Below are positions 22,623 to 34,324 of a stretch of DNA of 64,000 nt, piece by piece. A program made the translations under genes and the position numbers. The stretch covers positions 24,490,001 through 24,554,000 of the forward strand of contig OX597815.1 in NCBI GenBank assembly GCA_951406725.2, given 5' to 3'. Position 1 is the stretch's first letter. Each line of letters opens with the position of its first letter. This DNA is from Octopus vulgaris (lineage: Eukaryota). Below the pieces are notes generated by a model that had not been told where the DNA came from, ran no database searches, and was given only the letters and a program-made list of their open reading frames with translations.

Positions 22623-22876
22623 TTGCAGCGTGGAAGGTGTTTGTAAGCCATTTAAGAAACACACAAAAGCCGTTCGATTCACTTCAACATTTAAGTTTAA
22701 TTTATCAAAATATTTTTGTCGCTTTAAGACTGCAACCTGCACGGATTTTTATCAGTGAACAGGTTGCAGTCTTAAAGCGACGAAAATATTTTGACAAATT
22801 AAACTTAAATGTTGAAGTGAATCAAACGGCTTTTGTGTGTTTCTTAAATGGCTTACAAACACCTTCCATGCTGCAA
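22623..22876. repeat. Near-perfect foldback (arms of ~115 bp)
   Basis: ttgcagcgtggaaggtgtttgtaagcc...gcaacctg and its reverse complement caggttgc...ggcttacaaacaccttccatgctgcaa. Confidence 0.9.
22748..22798 (+). ncRNA. Hammerhead-like motif with G3:C8-swapped core
   Basis: UUUAUCA-GUGAACA-G-GUUGC/loop/GCGAC-GAAA-AUAU-UU-UGACAAA. Confidence 0.45.
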
Positions 22877-24366
22877 TTGTTTTCGTTCCAGCACACGATC
22901 TCAGATCAAATCACTTGCTATGCAAGTACATCTCCGTAATTACAAAATTGTTGCCGTGGGTTAATCTATATTAGTAAAATTGGTTTGGTAAGACTGAGAT
23001 GTCAGTCAGCTATAGTCATAGTCACTACGATTTTAGTGTTCCAATGAATAAATGAAAAATATGATGCTGATAGTCTGATGATATCTGTGTGTGTATAACT
23101 ATATGAGACTGTGAGGTTGTGTGTGTGAATAACTGTATGAGACTGTGTATGTGTGCATAACTGTATGATACTGTATGTTTGTGTGTGTGCATGTGCATGC
23201 ATACCTATATGAGACTGTGTGTTTGTGTGTGTGTGTAACTGTATAAGACTCTGTGTGTGTACGTGCATGTGTACCTATATCAGACTGTGTATGTTTGTGT
23301 GTGTGCATGCATAACTGTATGAGATGGTTTGTGTGTGTGCATGCATGTACCTGTATGAGACTGTGTGTGTTTGTGTGTGTGTGAAACAATAACTGAATGT
23401 GTTTGTTGGTATCTGTACGTTTAACATACAGACTACATGTGGAATATCTGCTGATATCTCTGTGTGTATGTGTGTGAATTGTTATCTGTGTACGTTTGTG
23501 TAACAATATAAGACTATAATTGCCTGCTGATATCTGTGCATATATATATGTGTGTGTGTGATTATATATGTATGCATGTGTGTATATATAAAACGAATAA
23601 ACTGTGTATGTATACATAACAATATGTGACTGTGTTTGTGTGTGTATGTGCACGTCATTATCTCTTTTACTTGTTTCAGTCATCTGACTGCGGCCATGCT
23701 GGAGCACTGCCTTTAGTCGAGCAAATCGACCCCAGGACTTATTCTTTGTAAGTCCAGTACTTATTCTATCGGTCTCTTTTGCCGAACCGCTAAGTGACGG
23801 GGACGTAAACACACCAGCATCGGTTGTCAAGCAATGCTAGGGGGACAGACACACAAACACACACATATATATACATATATACGACAGGCTTCTTTCAGTT
23901 TCCGTCTACCAAATCCACTCACAAGGCATTGGTCGGCCCTGGACTATAGTAGAAGACACTTGCCCAAGATGCCACGCAGTGGGACTGAACCCGGAACCAT
24001 GTGGTTGGTTAGCAAGCTACTTACCACACAGCCAATCCTGTGTATGTTTGTGTAACAAAAGGAGATTATGCAATTGTCAGCTGGTATCTGCTGGCACGTG
24101 GCTTAGAGGTTAGGGTATTCATTCTGCTCACAATCATGAGTTCGAACTCCTCCAGTCTATTCAGCTGGCAAAAGTGAGTTGTACTTGTATTTCATAAGGA
24201 CCAACCTTATCTACATTAACAAAATTGGCTTGGTAAGACTGACGTAGCAGTCTAACAGTACATGTCAGCCTGCTATAGTTGCTATACCCTCCTCCGTCCA
24301 CCCCACCTCAGCTAGCCCAACAAAGATTTTAGCATTTCATTAAATAATAAATAAACGAAAAATATG

Positions 24367-24616
24367 CCCACGGGCATATGGCGTAGTGGTTAAGTGTGCG
24401 GGCTACTAATCCCAAGATTCTGAGTTCAATTCCAAGCAGTGAACTGAACAATAATAATAATAATAACATCGAAGAATACCTTAGGAATGAGAACCCAGCT
24501 GTGAAATTTCCCCCAAGACACCTGAAGAAGGCTGGAGAGTATATCAGCTGAAACGTTGTGTCAACAACAAACAAGATGAGGACAAATATCTGTCGAATGT
24601 AAATAATGTAAATAAT
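24367..24616 (+). mobile_element. tRNA-headed SINE-like element with (AAT)n middle and hammerhead-bearing tail
   Basis: A box TGGCGTAGTGG (24379), B box GTTCAATTC (24424), hammerhead motif 24517-24562; TSD GAAAAATATG (24357-24366 / 24617-24626). Related copies at ~6680-7000(-), ~7008-7565(+), ~50275-50560(-), ~50567-50670(+, tail only). Confidence 0.8.
24517..24562 (+). ncRNA. Minimal type-I hammerhead ribozyme motif (Penelope-type)
   Basis: GACAC-CUGAAGA-A-GGCUG/loop/CAGCU-GAAA-CG-UU-GUGUC; stem I GACAC/GUGUC; loopless palindromic stem III (ACGU). Confidence 0.7.
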
Positions 24617-27600
24617 GAAAAATATGACACCGATTGTCTGCTGGTATCTGTGTGTATGTGTGTGTGTGTGTGTGTGTGTGCATGTAATGGTATGAGACTG
24701 TGTTTGAGTGTGTTTATGTGTGTACGCATAACTGTATGAGACTTTGTGTTTGTGTGTGCACATAACTGCATGAGGCTGTGTATGTGTGTCCACGTGTGCA
24801 TACCTGTATGAGGCTGTATGTTTGTGTGTGTGTGCACTGTATGCGACTGTGTGAGTGTGTGTGTGTGTGCATAACTGTGTGTGTGTGTGTGTGTGAAACA
24901 ATAACTGAATGTGTATGTTGGTATCTGTATGTTTAACATACAGACTGCATGTGGAATATCTGCTGATATCTGTGTGTGTGTGTGTGTGAGTTGTTATCTG
25001 TATACATTTGTGTAACAATATAAGACTATGTCTGCTGCTATCTGTGCATATGTGTGTGTGTTTATATGTGAATGCATGTGTGTATATATAAAATGAATGA
25101 ACAGTATGTATGTGACATAACAATATGTGACTGGTGTTTGAGTGTATATGTGCACATGTTGTCATCTGTGTATGTTTGTGTAACAAAAGGAGATTATGCA
25201 ATTGTCAGCTGTTATCTGCTGTCACGTGGCTTAGCGGTTAGAGTATTCAACTTACAACCACGAGTTCGAAAACCATTGGTGCATTGTTACACAGTGCTTC
25301 TCCAGTCCATTCAGCTGGTAGAAGTGTATTGTACCTGTAATTTACAAGGGCCAGCCTTGTGTAGAATATTTTGATCTGAAGGCGGCGAGCTGGCAGAATC
25401 ATTAGCACGGCGGGCGAAATGCGTAGCCGTATTTCGTCTGCTGTTACGTTCTGAGTTCAAATTCCGCTGAGGTTGACTTTGCCTTTCATCCTTTCGGGGT
25501 CGATAAACTAAGTACCAGTTACGCACTAGGGTCAATATAATCCGTTTGTCCTCTATGTGTTTAGCCCCTTGTGGGTAGTAAAGAAATAGGTATTTCGTCT
25601 GTCTTTACATTCTGAGTTCAAATTCTGCTGAGGTCGAATTTGCCTTTGATTCTTTCGGGGTCGATAAGTACCAGTTGTGTACTAGGGTCAATCTAATCAA
25701 CTGGCCCCCTCCCCCAAAATTTCAGACCTTGTGCCTAGATTAGGAAAGAATATTTTGATCTCCTGATTTACTACTGACTTCAAATCTGCTACTATTGAGG
25801 TTACCTTCCATTCATTTAGTGATGCTAGAAATAACAGACTACACACCACATCTTATTTACCTTCTGAGAAAGTGAATGTGCATGGCCTTGTGGTTAGGGT
25901 ATTTAGCTCAAGAACATAAAGTTGTGAGTTCGATTCCTGCCAGTGCATCGTGTCCTTGAGCAAGATACTTCATTTCACATTGCTTCAGTCCTCTCAGCTG
26001 GCAAAAATGAGTTGTACGTGTAATTCAAAGGGCCAGCTTGTCACACTCTGTGTCATGCTGAATCTTCCTAGGAACTACGTTAAGGGCAAACATACCTGTG
26101 AAGTGCTCAGCCACTAGCATGTTAATTTCATGAGTAAGCTGTTCTTATTTCTTTATTACCCACAAGGGGCTAAACATAGAGGGGACAAACAAGGACAGAC
26201 AAAGGGAAGGGATTAAATCGATTACATCGACCCCAGTGCATAACTGTTACTTAATTTATCGACCCTGAAAGCTTGAAAGCAAAGTCGACCTCGGCGGAAT
26301 TTGAACTCAGAACGTAATGGCAGACGAAATACTGCTAAGCATTTCGTCCAGTGTGCTAACGATTCTGCCAGCTCACTGCCTTTTATGAGTAACCTGTTCT
26401 GTTGATCAGATCAACTGGAACCCTTGTTGTTGTAACCAACAGAGTACTAGTAAGTACCTTATGAGAACATGAGATTTCTAAGAGTAAGGTCATTCACATT
26501 TTACGTGAATGACCTTACACCCTAGAGCTACATATTAAAAATATTACTTTTTTCCTGTTCATACATAATGCTCACTTTTGTAAAAAGTTCAAGCAATTGA
26601 ATTAACTTTGCTATATTACTGGTACTCTGTGGAGGCATATGGCCTAGTGGTTAGAGCAGCAGACTTGTGAGTTCAAATCTCAGACCGGGCAATGTGTGTG
26701 TTTATGAGTGAAACACCTAAGATTCGCGTGGCTCCAGCAGCAGGCAATGTCTAAGTTCTGCTGACTCTTTTGTCACAACTTTTTTTCCCTCTTTTCTCCT
26801 GCATCTAGCAGCTAACCTGTGACAGACTGGCATCTCGTCCAGGTGGGCAACCTATATGCCAATGAAACCGGGAAACTGGCCCTTATGAGCCAGGCATGGC
26901 TCGAGAAGGAACACACAACAACATATTGCTGGTACTCTGTCTCATATCCTGACAAAGTAAAAAAAGTTCCTTCCTGAGTCAGATAGACTCATAAGGCCAG
27001 TTTCCTGGTTTCCATGGTGTATTTATTCCCCACCTGGATGGGACACCAGTCCTTTGCAGGATTACTCCTTTTTGTCAGCTGAGTGGACTGGAGCAACATG
27101 AAATGAAATGTTTTACTTAAGAACACAATGTAGTGCATGGCCCAGGAATTGAAACCACAATCTTATGATCATGAGCCCAACACCCTAACCACTAAGCAAT
27201 GTGGTTCCACTACGTAAAGTTCCTTCCCAAATCATTTAGAGTCATAGGACCAGTTCCCATGGAATATATATTCCTGACTTGGATGAGATGCCAGTCTGTC
27301 ACTGAGTGAACTGGAGCAACATGAAATGAAGGTTTTGCTCAAGAACACAATGTGTTACCCGGTCCAGGAATCAAAACCATAATTTTACAATTATGAGTGC
27401 AACACTCTAACCACTAAGCCATGCACCTCCACTATACAACCAGATAAAAGGGGGTGGGGGAAATACTGATCATATACTAAGGATATTTAAATTAACTGTA
27501 ACCTTGTTATAAAAATTGGCAATGTGCTAAGTAAAATGCTTTTGATGAACTGTGCTCCTTTCTTGTGGAATATGTCTAGAAGCATCTTAATTTTACTTCA

Positions 27601-28419
27601 TGCTAATACTTTGTGTAATACCTATCCTCTTCTAATATTATAACAGATTCTATGTTTTAGCCTCACTCTTAATCATGTTACTTAAACCCTGTTTTAAAAA
27701 ATCATCATCATCGTTTAACGTCCGCTTTCTATGCTAGCATGGGTTGGATGATTTGATTGAGGGCTGGCAAACCAGATGGCTGCACCAGGCTCCAATCTTG
27801 ATCTGACAGAGTTTCTACAGCTGGATGCCCTTCCTAACGCCAACCACTCCGAGAGTGTAGTGGGTGCTTTTATGAGCCAGTCAGGCGGTACTGGTAATGA
27901 CCTCACTTGAATCTTTTACATATGCCACGGCACAGGTGCCAGTAAGGCGATGCTGGTAACGATCACATTCGAATGGTATCTTTTACGTGCCACCGGCATG
28001 GAGGGCAGATAGCTGCTCTGGTAACGATCACGCCCAGATGGTGCTCTTAATACCCTACAATCACGGGGCTCGAGTGCCAGTAAGGCGACGCTGGTAATGA
28101 TCACACTCGAATGGTGCCTTTTAAGTGCTACTGGCACGTAAGCCAGTTAGTCGCTCTGTCAATGATCACACTCGTATGGTGCTCTTTGCACATCGAATTT
28201 GGTATATAACTATTTAATTCAGAGTCCACTTTGGTTTTGAACAGATCTCCCACCAAACACAAGTTTCAGCTTTTCAGTTCCCTGTTCAAATATTCTTCTA
28301 CATTGTAATTGACTCATTTATAATCATAAAAATAACAAATATTCTGCAGCAATTTAATAAACAACTGAAAAAGTGAACGTCAGAAGATAAGAAAATTGAA
28401 TGAAATATCAAACAGATGC

Positions 28420-29147
28420 TAAAATAAATAAATTTTATTGTTCCATAAAATTGCATTTCTTTCATTTTTCAAAATTTTAATTGCATGATTGTTCTTTCCC
28501 CACCAAGCAGAGAAATTTCAGTTGCATTAGTTAGATCAATGCACGATGTAATTGACCTAATGAAGGTATATTAGGTTAAGTCGGTGGATTAGTCAAGGGT
28601 GAGAAAATACCTTGACTTAACAAATTGCCACACTGTGGTATCATTTAACAATGGCTTCGATGACTTTTTGAACATGATGATCTGTGGTCACGCACGCAGT
28701 TATATGTATGGGCTAAAATCGATCACTTTTATAACAAAAATGATAATAATTACATAGATTACACACACACACCCACACACACACAAAGGTAAATTTAACA
28801 ATTATGATATTACAATGTTTTCTTTTTTTTTTTTTTTTTGCTTTTAGATTTCATAATTTTTCTAGAAAGTTATGTGTCAGCTCTCAAAATTGGACAAACA
28901 AAAACAAATGAAAGATTAGTTATAAATAAACACACATATGTTTATATGTGTGTATGCTTCTTTTGAAACACCTAATTAGTAACAGATTAGAATTTCTGTT
29001 TATTGTTCCTTTATTTTTGGTAAGGAGAAAATAAATCACTAACTGGAAAATATTAAAATACACACACACACACACACACACACAAGAAGAAACACACCAG
29101 GACAATGTATCACATATATAGATCAGCAGAAATTGTGCACATGTATG

Positions 29148-29181
<34 letters not shown>

Positions 29182-29255
29182 AATTCATAAATGAGGGCAA
29201 AGGGAACCATTAAAGGTATTTTTTAATATGCTGGCCATTGATAAAATTTTTTTCG

Positions 29256-29287
<32 letters not shown>

Positions 29288-29311
29288 CGAAAAGAATTTT
29301 ATCCTCAGATT

Positions 29312-29358
<47 letters not shown>

Positions 29359-29673
29359 ATGACATACATATACTGATTCTGAATGTAGATGTTAACAGCA
29401 GCAACAACCATCCAACAAAAGTTGGTATAATCCACATTTGCTTGGAGTAATACTGAAAAACTAAAATTTAATTAAAAAAAAAAGAAGGAGGTTAACCCTT
29501 AACCATTAGTGTATAATGAGAGAAAAAAAAAGATGTCAAAATGATAGTTTTGAACATAACATCATTAGGAAGTGTTTTCTAAAATGATAAGTGTGTGTAT
29601 GTGTGTGAGTAGGTGGGTATAAAACAACTAAATCAATGTTGGTTAACAATCCTGCTAGGAATATCTTTGTGTA

Positions 29674-29715
<42 letters not shown>

Positions 29716-30785
29716 TGCATACAAGAAAGATACTAAACATTAAATATTAACCTGTAAAGAGCAAATGGGAAATTAATATCACAGTACTACACAATCATAT
29801 TTTGTAATTTTATAAAAAGAGTATCACTCACCCATACATGTGTTGGGCATGTTCTCACCTTGTTTAAATTTAAACGCATGTGCACACACACACACACACA
29901 CGGACGCACGCATGCACACCGAGGCATTTTTTGCAGCTTTCTTGAGATATACATGACTGCATATATGTGTGATCAAATATTGCAATAAAATGGAGAATGT
30001 AGGTTTACACTCACATACTCATATGTGTATAGATCTATTTATAAGCACTCATGTGGACACATAAGCACCAACACACAAAGCTAATGGTATTAATGTGTAT
30101 AATGTATAATCTGATTAATTCCTCCAGATATATGCCAAAGATAGAGACACTGAAATGGTTCAAACGACTCCTTGCCGGATCACTTCAGAATATGTTCTCC
30201 AAGTGAAATATACTTTCTATACATTTAAAAGAAGTTTTGTCGGGTCCACATATAGAGGTTTATGTATCAGCTATAAATATAACACACACACAAAAAAAAA
30301 AAAAAAAAAACCACAGAAATATTTTGGAAGAAGGACTGATTTCATTACAATTTTCATTTGTTAATGAAAAAAAAAAAATGAAAAAAAATATTCATGTGGG
30401 TTAAATTACAATTGTGGTTTTTATGTTGTTTCAATTATCTATAAAAGGAAAATTGACAAAAAAAAAAAAAAAAAGAAAAGAAACCCAATAAAACCTCCAA
30501 AAATATAAATAAATATATATAAATGAAATAAAAATATAGAACCGAAAAATCCCGTTAAATAAGTAACTACGGAAATAAGGTCTAATATTCTACTCAATGT
30601 GAATAGAATGAGATATTTGTGACCAATTCTCTAAGATAGCAGCAGCAGCTTAGTGACCAATTCTCTTTGGTAGCAGCGGTAATAGTGCAGCAGTTTTGAG
30701 AACTTGACGCAGTACAAACATCACATGACATTGAGAACATCAATAGCTTCCATTGAACAAATCTAAGATGTTAGTAGTGAAGGAA
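28420..30785 (-). other. Probable long 3'UTR of ITPR
   Basis: Follows the stop codon; ~2.4 kb without recognisable SINEs/MITEs, unlike the flanks; AATAAA on the - strand at 28434-28439. The end point is inferred. Confidence 0.5.
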
Positions 30786-30869
30786 TCAAACGTTCTGGTT
30801 ATTTGCTATTGGTAGTGTGTTAGAATGCAGTAAACCATAACGTTGTTTCTGTTTCCTTTGTTCTGTCAT
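30786..30869 (-). CDS. ITPR: IP3 receptor last coding exon (MTEQRKQKQRYGLLHSNTLPIANNQNV*)
   Basis: tctttcttcag acceptor; conserved MTEQRKQKQR.GLL; TGA at 30788-30786. Confidence 0.96.
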   Translation of the reverse strand: MTEQRKQKQRYGLLHSNTLPIANNQNV

Positions 30870-30941
30870 CTGAAGAAAGAAATAAAGAGAAAAATATATA
30901 AATTCAAAGATGAAGTTAATGATGAATAAAACAGGTTTCAT

Positions 30942-31930
30942 TTAACCCTTTCGTTACCAACCCGGCTGAAACTGGCTCTGGCTCTGTAGTACAAAGGTCT
31001 TGTTTTCAGAAGTTTTGAATTAAAACCTTCCACCAAACTTTAGTCACAATTTATGTTCCTAACACTGGCTTAATGATAACTAAGTTATTTTACTAAATTT
31101 TTTGTTATATTTAAAGTAATTGAAAGAAATACAGAACATCTCAAAATAAATACAGTAACGAAAGGGTTAAAATATATAATAGAGAAACAATTCTTAACAC
31201 TTTTGATAGCAGCCTGGCTGAAATTGGCTCTGGCTCTGTAGTACAAAGGTCTTGTTTTCAGAAGTTTTGAATTAAAATCTTCCACCAAACCTCAGTCACA
31301 ATTTATGTTCCTAACACTAGCTTAATGATAACTAAGTTATTTTACTAAATTTTTTGTTATATTTAAAGTAATTGAAAGAAATACAGAACATCTCAAAATA
31401 AATACAGTAACGAAAGGGTTAAAATATATAATAGAGAAACAATTCTTAACCCTTTTGATAGCAGCCTGGCTGAAATTGGCTCCGGCTCTGTAGTACAAAT
31501 GTCTTGTTTTCAGAAGTTTTGAATTAAAATCTTCCACCAAACTTTAGTCACAATTTATGTTCCTAACACTAGCTTAATGATAACTAAGTTATTTTACTAA
31601 ATTTTTTGTTATATATCTAAAGTAATTGAAAGAAACACAGAGCATCTCAAAATAAATACAGTAACGAAAGGGTTAAAATATATAATAGAGAAACAATTCT
31701 TAACCCTTTTGATAGCAGCCTGGCTGAAATTGGCTCCGGCTCTGTAGTACAAATGTCTTGTTTTCAGAAGTTTTGAATTAAAATCTTCCACCAAACTTTA
31801 GTCACAATTTATGTTCCTAACACTAGCTTAATGATAACTAAGTTATTTTACTAAATTTTTTGTTATATATCTAAAGTAATTGAAAGAAACACAGAGCATC
31901 TCAAAATAAATACAGTAACGAAAGGGTTAA
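30942..31930 (+). mobile_element. Tandem array of four piggyBac-type MITEs
   Basis: TTAACCCTTT...AAAGGGTTAA units with a ~252-254 bp period, separated by the spacer AATATATAATAGAGAAACAATTC. Confidence 0.9.
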
Positions 31931-32946
31931 AAATAAATAAGTCAATAAGAGATTCTCAACATAGGTGCAGGCATGGCTATAGGCACATCTGTGGCTGTGT
32001 GGTAAGTAGCTTGCTTACCAACCACATGGTTCAAGGTTCAGTCCCACTGCATGACACCTTGGGCATGTGTCTTCTACTATAGCCTCGGGCTGACCAAAGC
32101 CTTGTGAGTGGATTTAGTAGACAGAAACTGAAAGAAGCCTGTCATATATTTGTATATACTTGTGTCTGTGTTTGTCCCACCACCATTGCTCGACAAACAA
32201 TGTTGGTGTGTTTATGTCCTCGTAACTTAACAGTTTGGCCAAAGAGACCAATAGAATAAGTACTAGGCTTTCAAAGAATAAGTCCTAGGGTCAAATTGTT
32301 GGCACAGCTGTGGCTGTGTGGTAAGTAGCTTGCTTACCAACCACATGGTTCAGGGTTCAGTCTCACTGCATGACACCTTGGGCAAGTGTCTTCTACTATA
32401 GCCTCAGGCTGACCAAAGCCTTGAGTGGATTTAGTAGACAGAAACTGAAAGAAGCCTGTCGTATATTTGTATATGCTTGTGTGTCTGTGTTTGTCCCACC
32501 ACCATTGCTTGACAACCGATGTTGGTGTGTTTATGTCCTCGTAACTTAGCAGTTTGGCCAAAGAGACCAATAGAATAAGTACTAGGCTTACAAAGAATAA
32601 GTCCTAGGGTCAAATTGTTCGACTAAAGGCAGTGCTTCAGCATGGCTGCAGTCAAATGACTGAAACAAGTAGAAGAAGGAGGCATTTGAGCTATTAGGAA
32701 TAGCAATGAAATCTCCCTCAACTCCCTACCATATTAAAAAAAAAAAGGAAGGTTACATTAAATGGTGGAGTCCAAGATACACCATAAATAAAATACTGGA
32801 TGTTCCAGTCTGGAATGGTTTTGATCATAGGCTCTTGGCTCTGTTGATATGGACTAACCAACAAGAACAACATCCTACTGATCTGCTAATGGGCTTAAGG
32901 AGATGATAATTAAAATTCCAAATTTACTTCTTTGAGGTGAACTTAC

Positions 32947-33108
32947 TTGTTCTTTGAGGTCTATGAGTTGTTGTGAGAGGGTAAGGACTAATTTGTTTGT
33001 ATTATCAAGCTGCTGCTGTAAATTTCGTAGCTCATTCTGTTCCCCATCACTCTCTTCTGCTGTCAAAGACATAGCCCGCATACGAGGGAACCAGTCCAAA
33101 TTTTTATC
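32947..33108 (-). CDS. ITPR: IP3 receptor exon (DKNLDWFPRMRAMSL...QQLIDLKEQ)
   Basis: cag / gtaagt, 162 nt, phase 0/0. Confidence 0.97.
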
Positions 33109-33789
33109 CTGCAAAACAAAACTCATATAGAAACAAACTTGATACGAAACTTGATATATTGTATTTTTTTTTCTCCCAATGATGTCATATAGAGAAAGAA
33201 ACTTTATGTTGGCCTTTTCTGTTGTTGTAGAGACAGAAGATTAACCACCTCCACTATGTGTAGGCTGTTTCCAGAAGTGCCTAGCTCCAAATACACTGAC
33301 CACCTCTTCACTCATAGTTACTCCATGACAGAAAGTCAAATCAATACACTTACAGCTTCCATGCAGTCACAGGGGATGCCAGATATTGGTTAAGCTTAGC
33401 TGTATATATTTACCTTACAGCCTCTCTTTCTAGATTTTCTGTCGGGGTTTACTCCCTTACCCCTTTTTAAATGCTTAATAAAGTACCCCAGAAGGCAGCA
33501 ATGGTTTATTATTATAGTGGGTATAGTATGTGCAGAGCCAGTCCCAATCTTTTCTCTATTAGGGTGTCTGTGACTGACCTTCTTCTGGAGACATTCCTGT
33601 GATACACAAACCCATCTTATAGCTAGGATGTTGACAGGCACTACTACGTCAGGTCAGAGTAGACTTTGGAACAAAAGTGTCTAAGAGGTGATTTCATACT
33701 CTTCAAATCCCTGGAATTAGGGAGCCACAAGTGGATACAGTGCAAAGTTATATCCAGGAGAAAAGAAAGACACTCAACCGAAACTAATA

Positions 33790-34022
33790 TATTTCTTTAT
33801 TGCCCACAAGGAGCTAAACACAGAGGGGACAAATAAGGACAAACAAAGGGATTAAGTCGATTATACCGACCCCAGTGTGTAACTGGTACTTATTTAATCG
33901 ACCCCGAAAGGATGAAAGGCAAAGTCGACCTCAGCGGAATTTGAACTCAGAACGCAATGGCAGACGAAATACCATTAAGTATTTCGCCTGGTGTGCTAAC
34001 GTTTCTGCCAGCTCGCCGCCTT
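33790..34022 (-). mobile_element. SINE family C (GGCGGCGAGCTGGCAGAA head; GCCTTTCATCCTTTCGGGGTCGAT core)
   Basis: Other copies: 18178-18410(-), 25377-25750(+), 26145-26382(-), 38225-38430(-). The core resembles the conserved central domain of metazoan SINE superfamilies. Confidence 0.8.
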
Positions 34023-34163
34023 CTCAACTGAAGCTAATAGCTGTAGGTTGGTTCCTTTCATAGTAACTGATAACAGCAACAACTGATAACAATATAAATG
34101 TAGTGAAAGTAAGAAAGTTCAACCTACTGAAATTGTTTTAAGATAATGCTTGAGTTGACTCAC

Positions 34164-34324
34164 CTTAATCATTGCATAGACATAACTTTCTGGTCCAGTG
34201 AATTCAGTGGGGTCTTTTACTTTGACCAAAACAATGAAGAATAAATAATACCACATACAGTGTTCTGATTTTAAATGTTCCTCAAAAGACACTGCTTTGT
34301 TATCAAATGATGATCTGTCCAAAC
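34164..34324 (-). CDS. ITPR: IP3 receptor exon, linker Zn site ([18 protein letters not shown]...TGPESYV)
   Basis: tag / gtgagt, 161 nt, phase 1/0. Confidence 0.97.

Larger units (their letters stand above)
22976..25370. repeat. Diverged tandem duplication of a TG-rich unit
   Basis: aaaattgg(t/c)ttggtaagactga starts both units (22976, 24221); colinear TG-rich bodies; each unit carries a different insertion. Confidence 0.8.
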
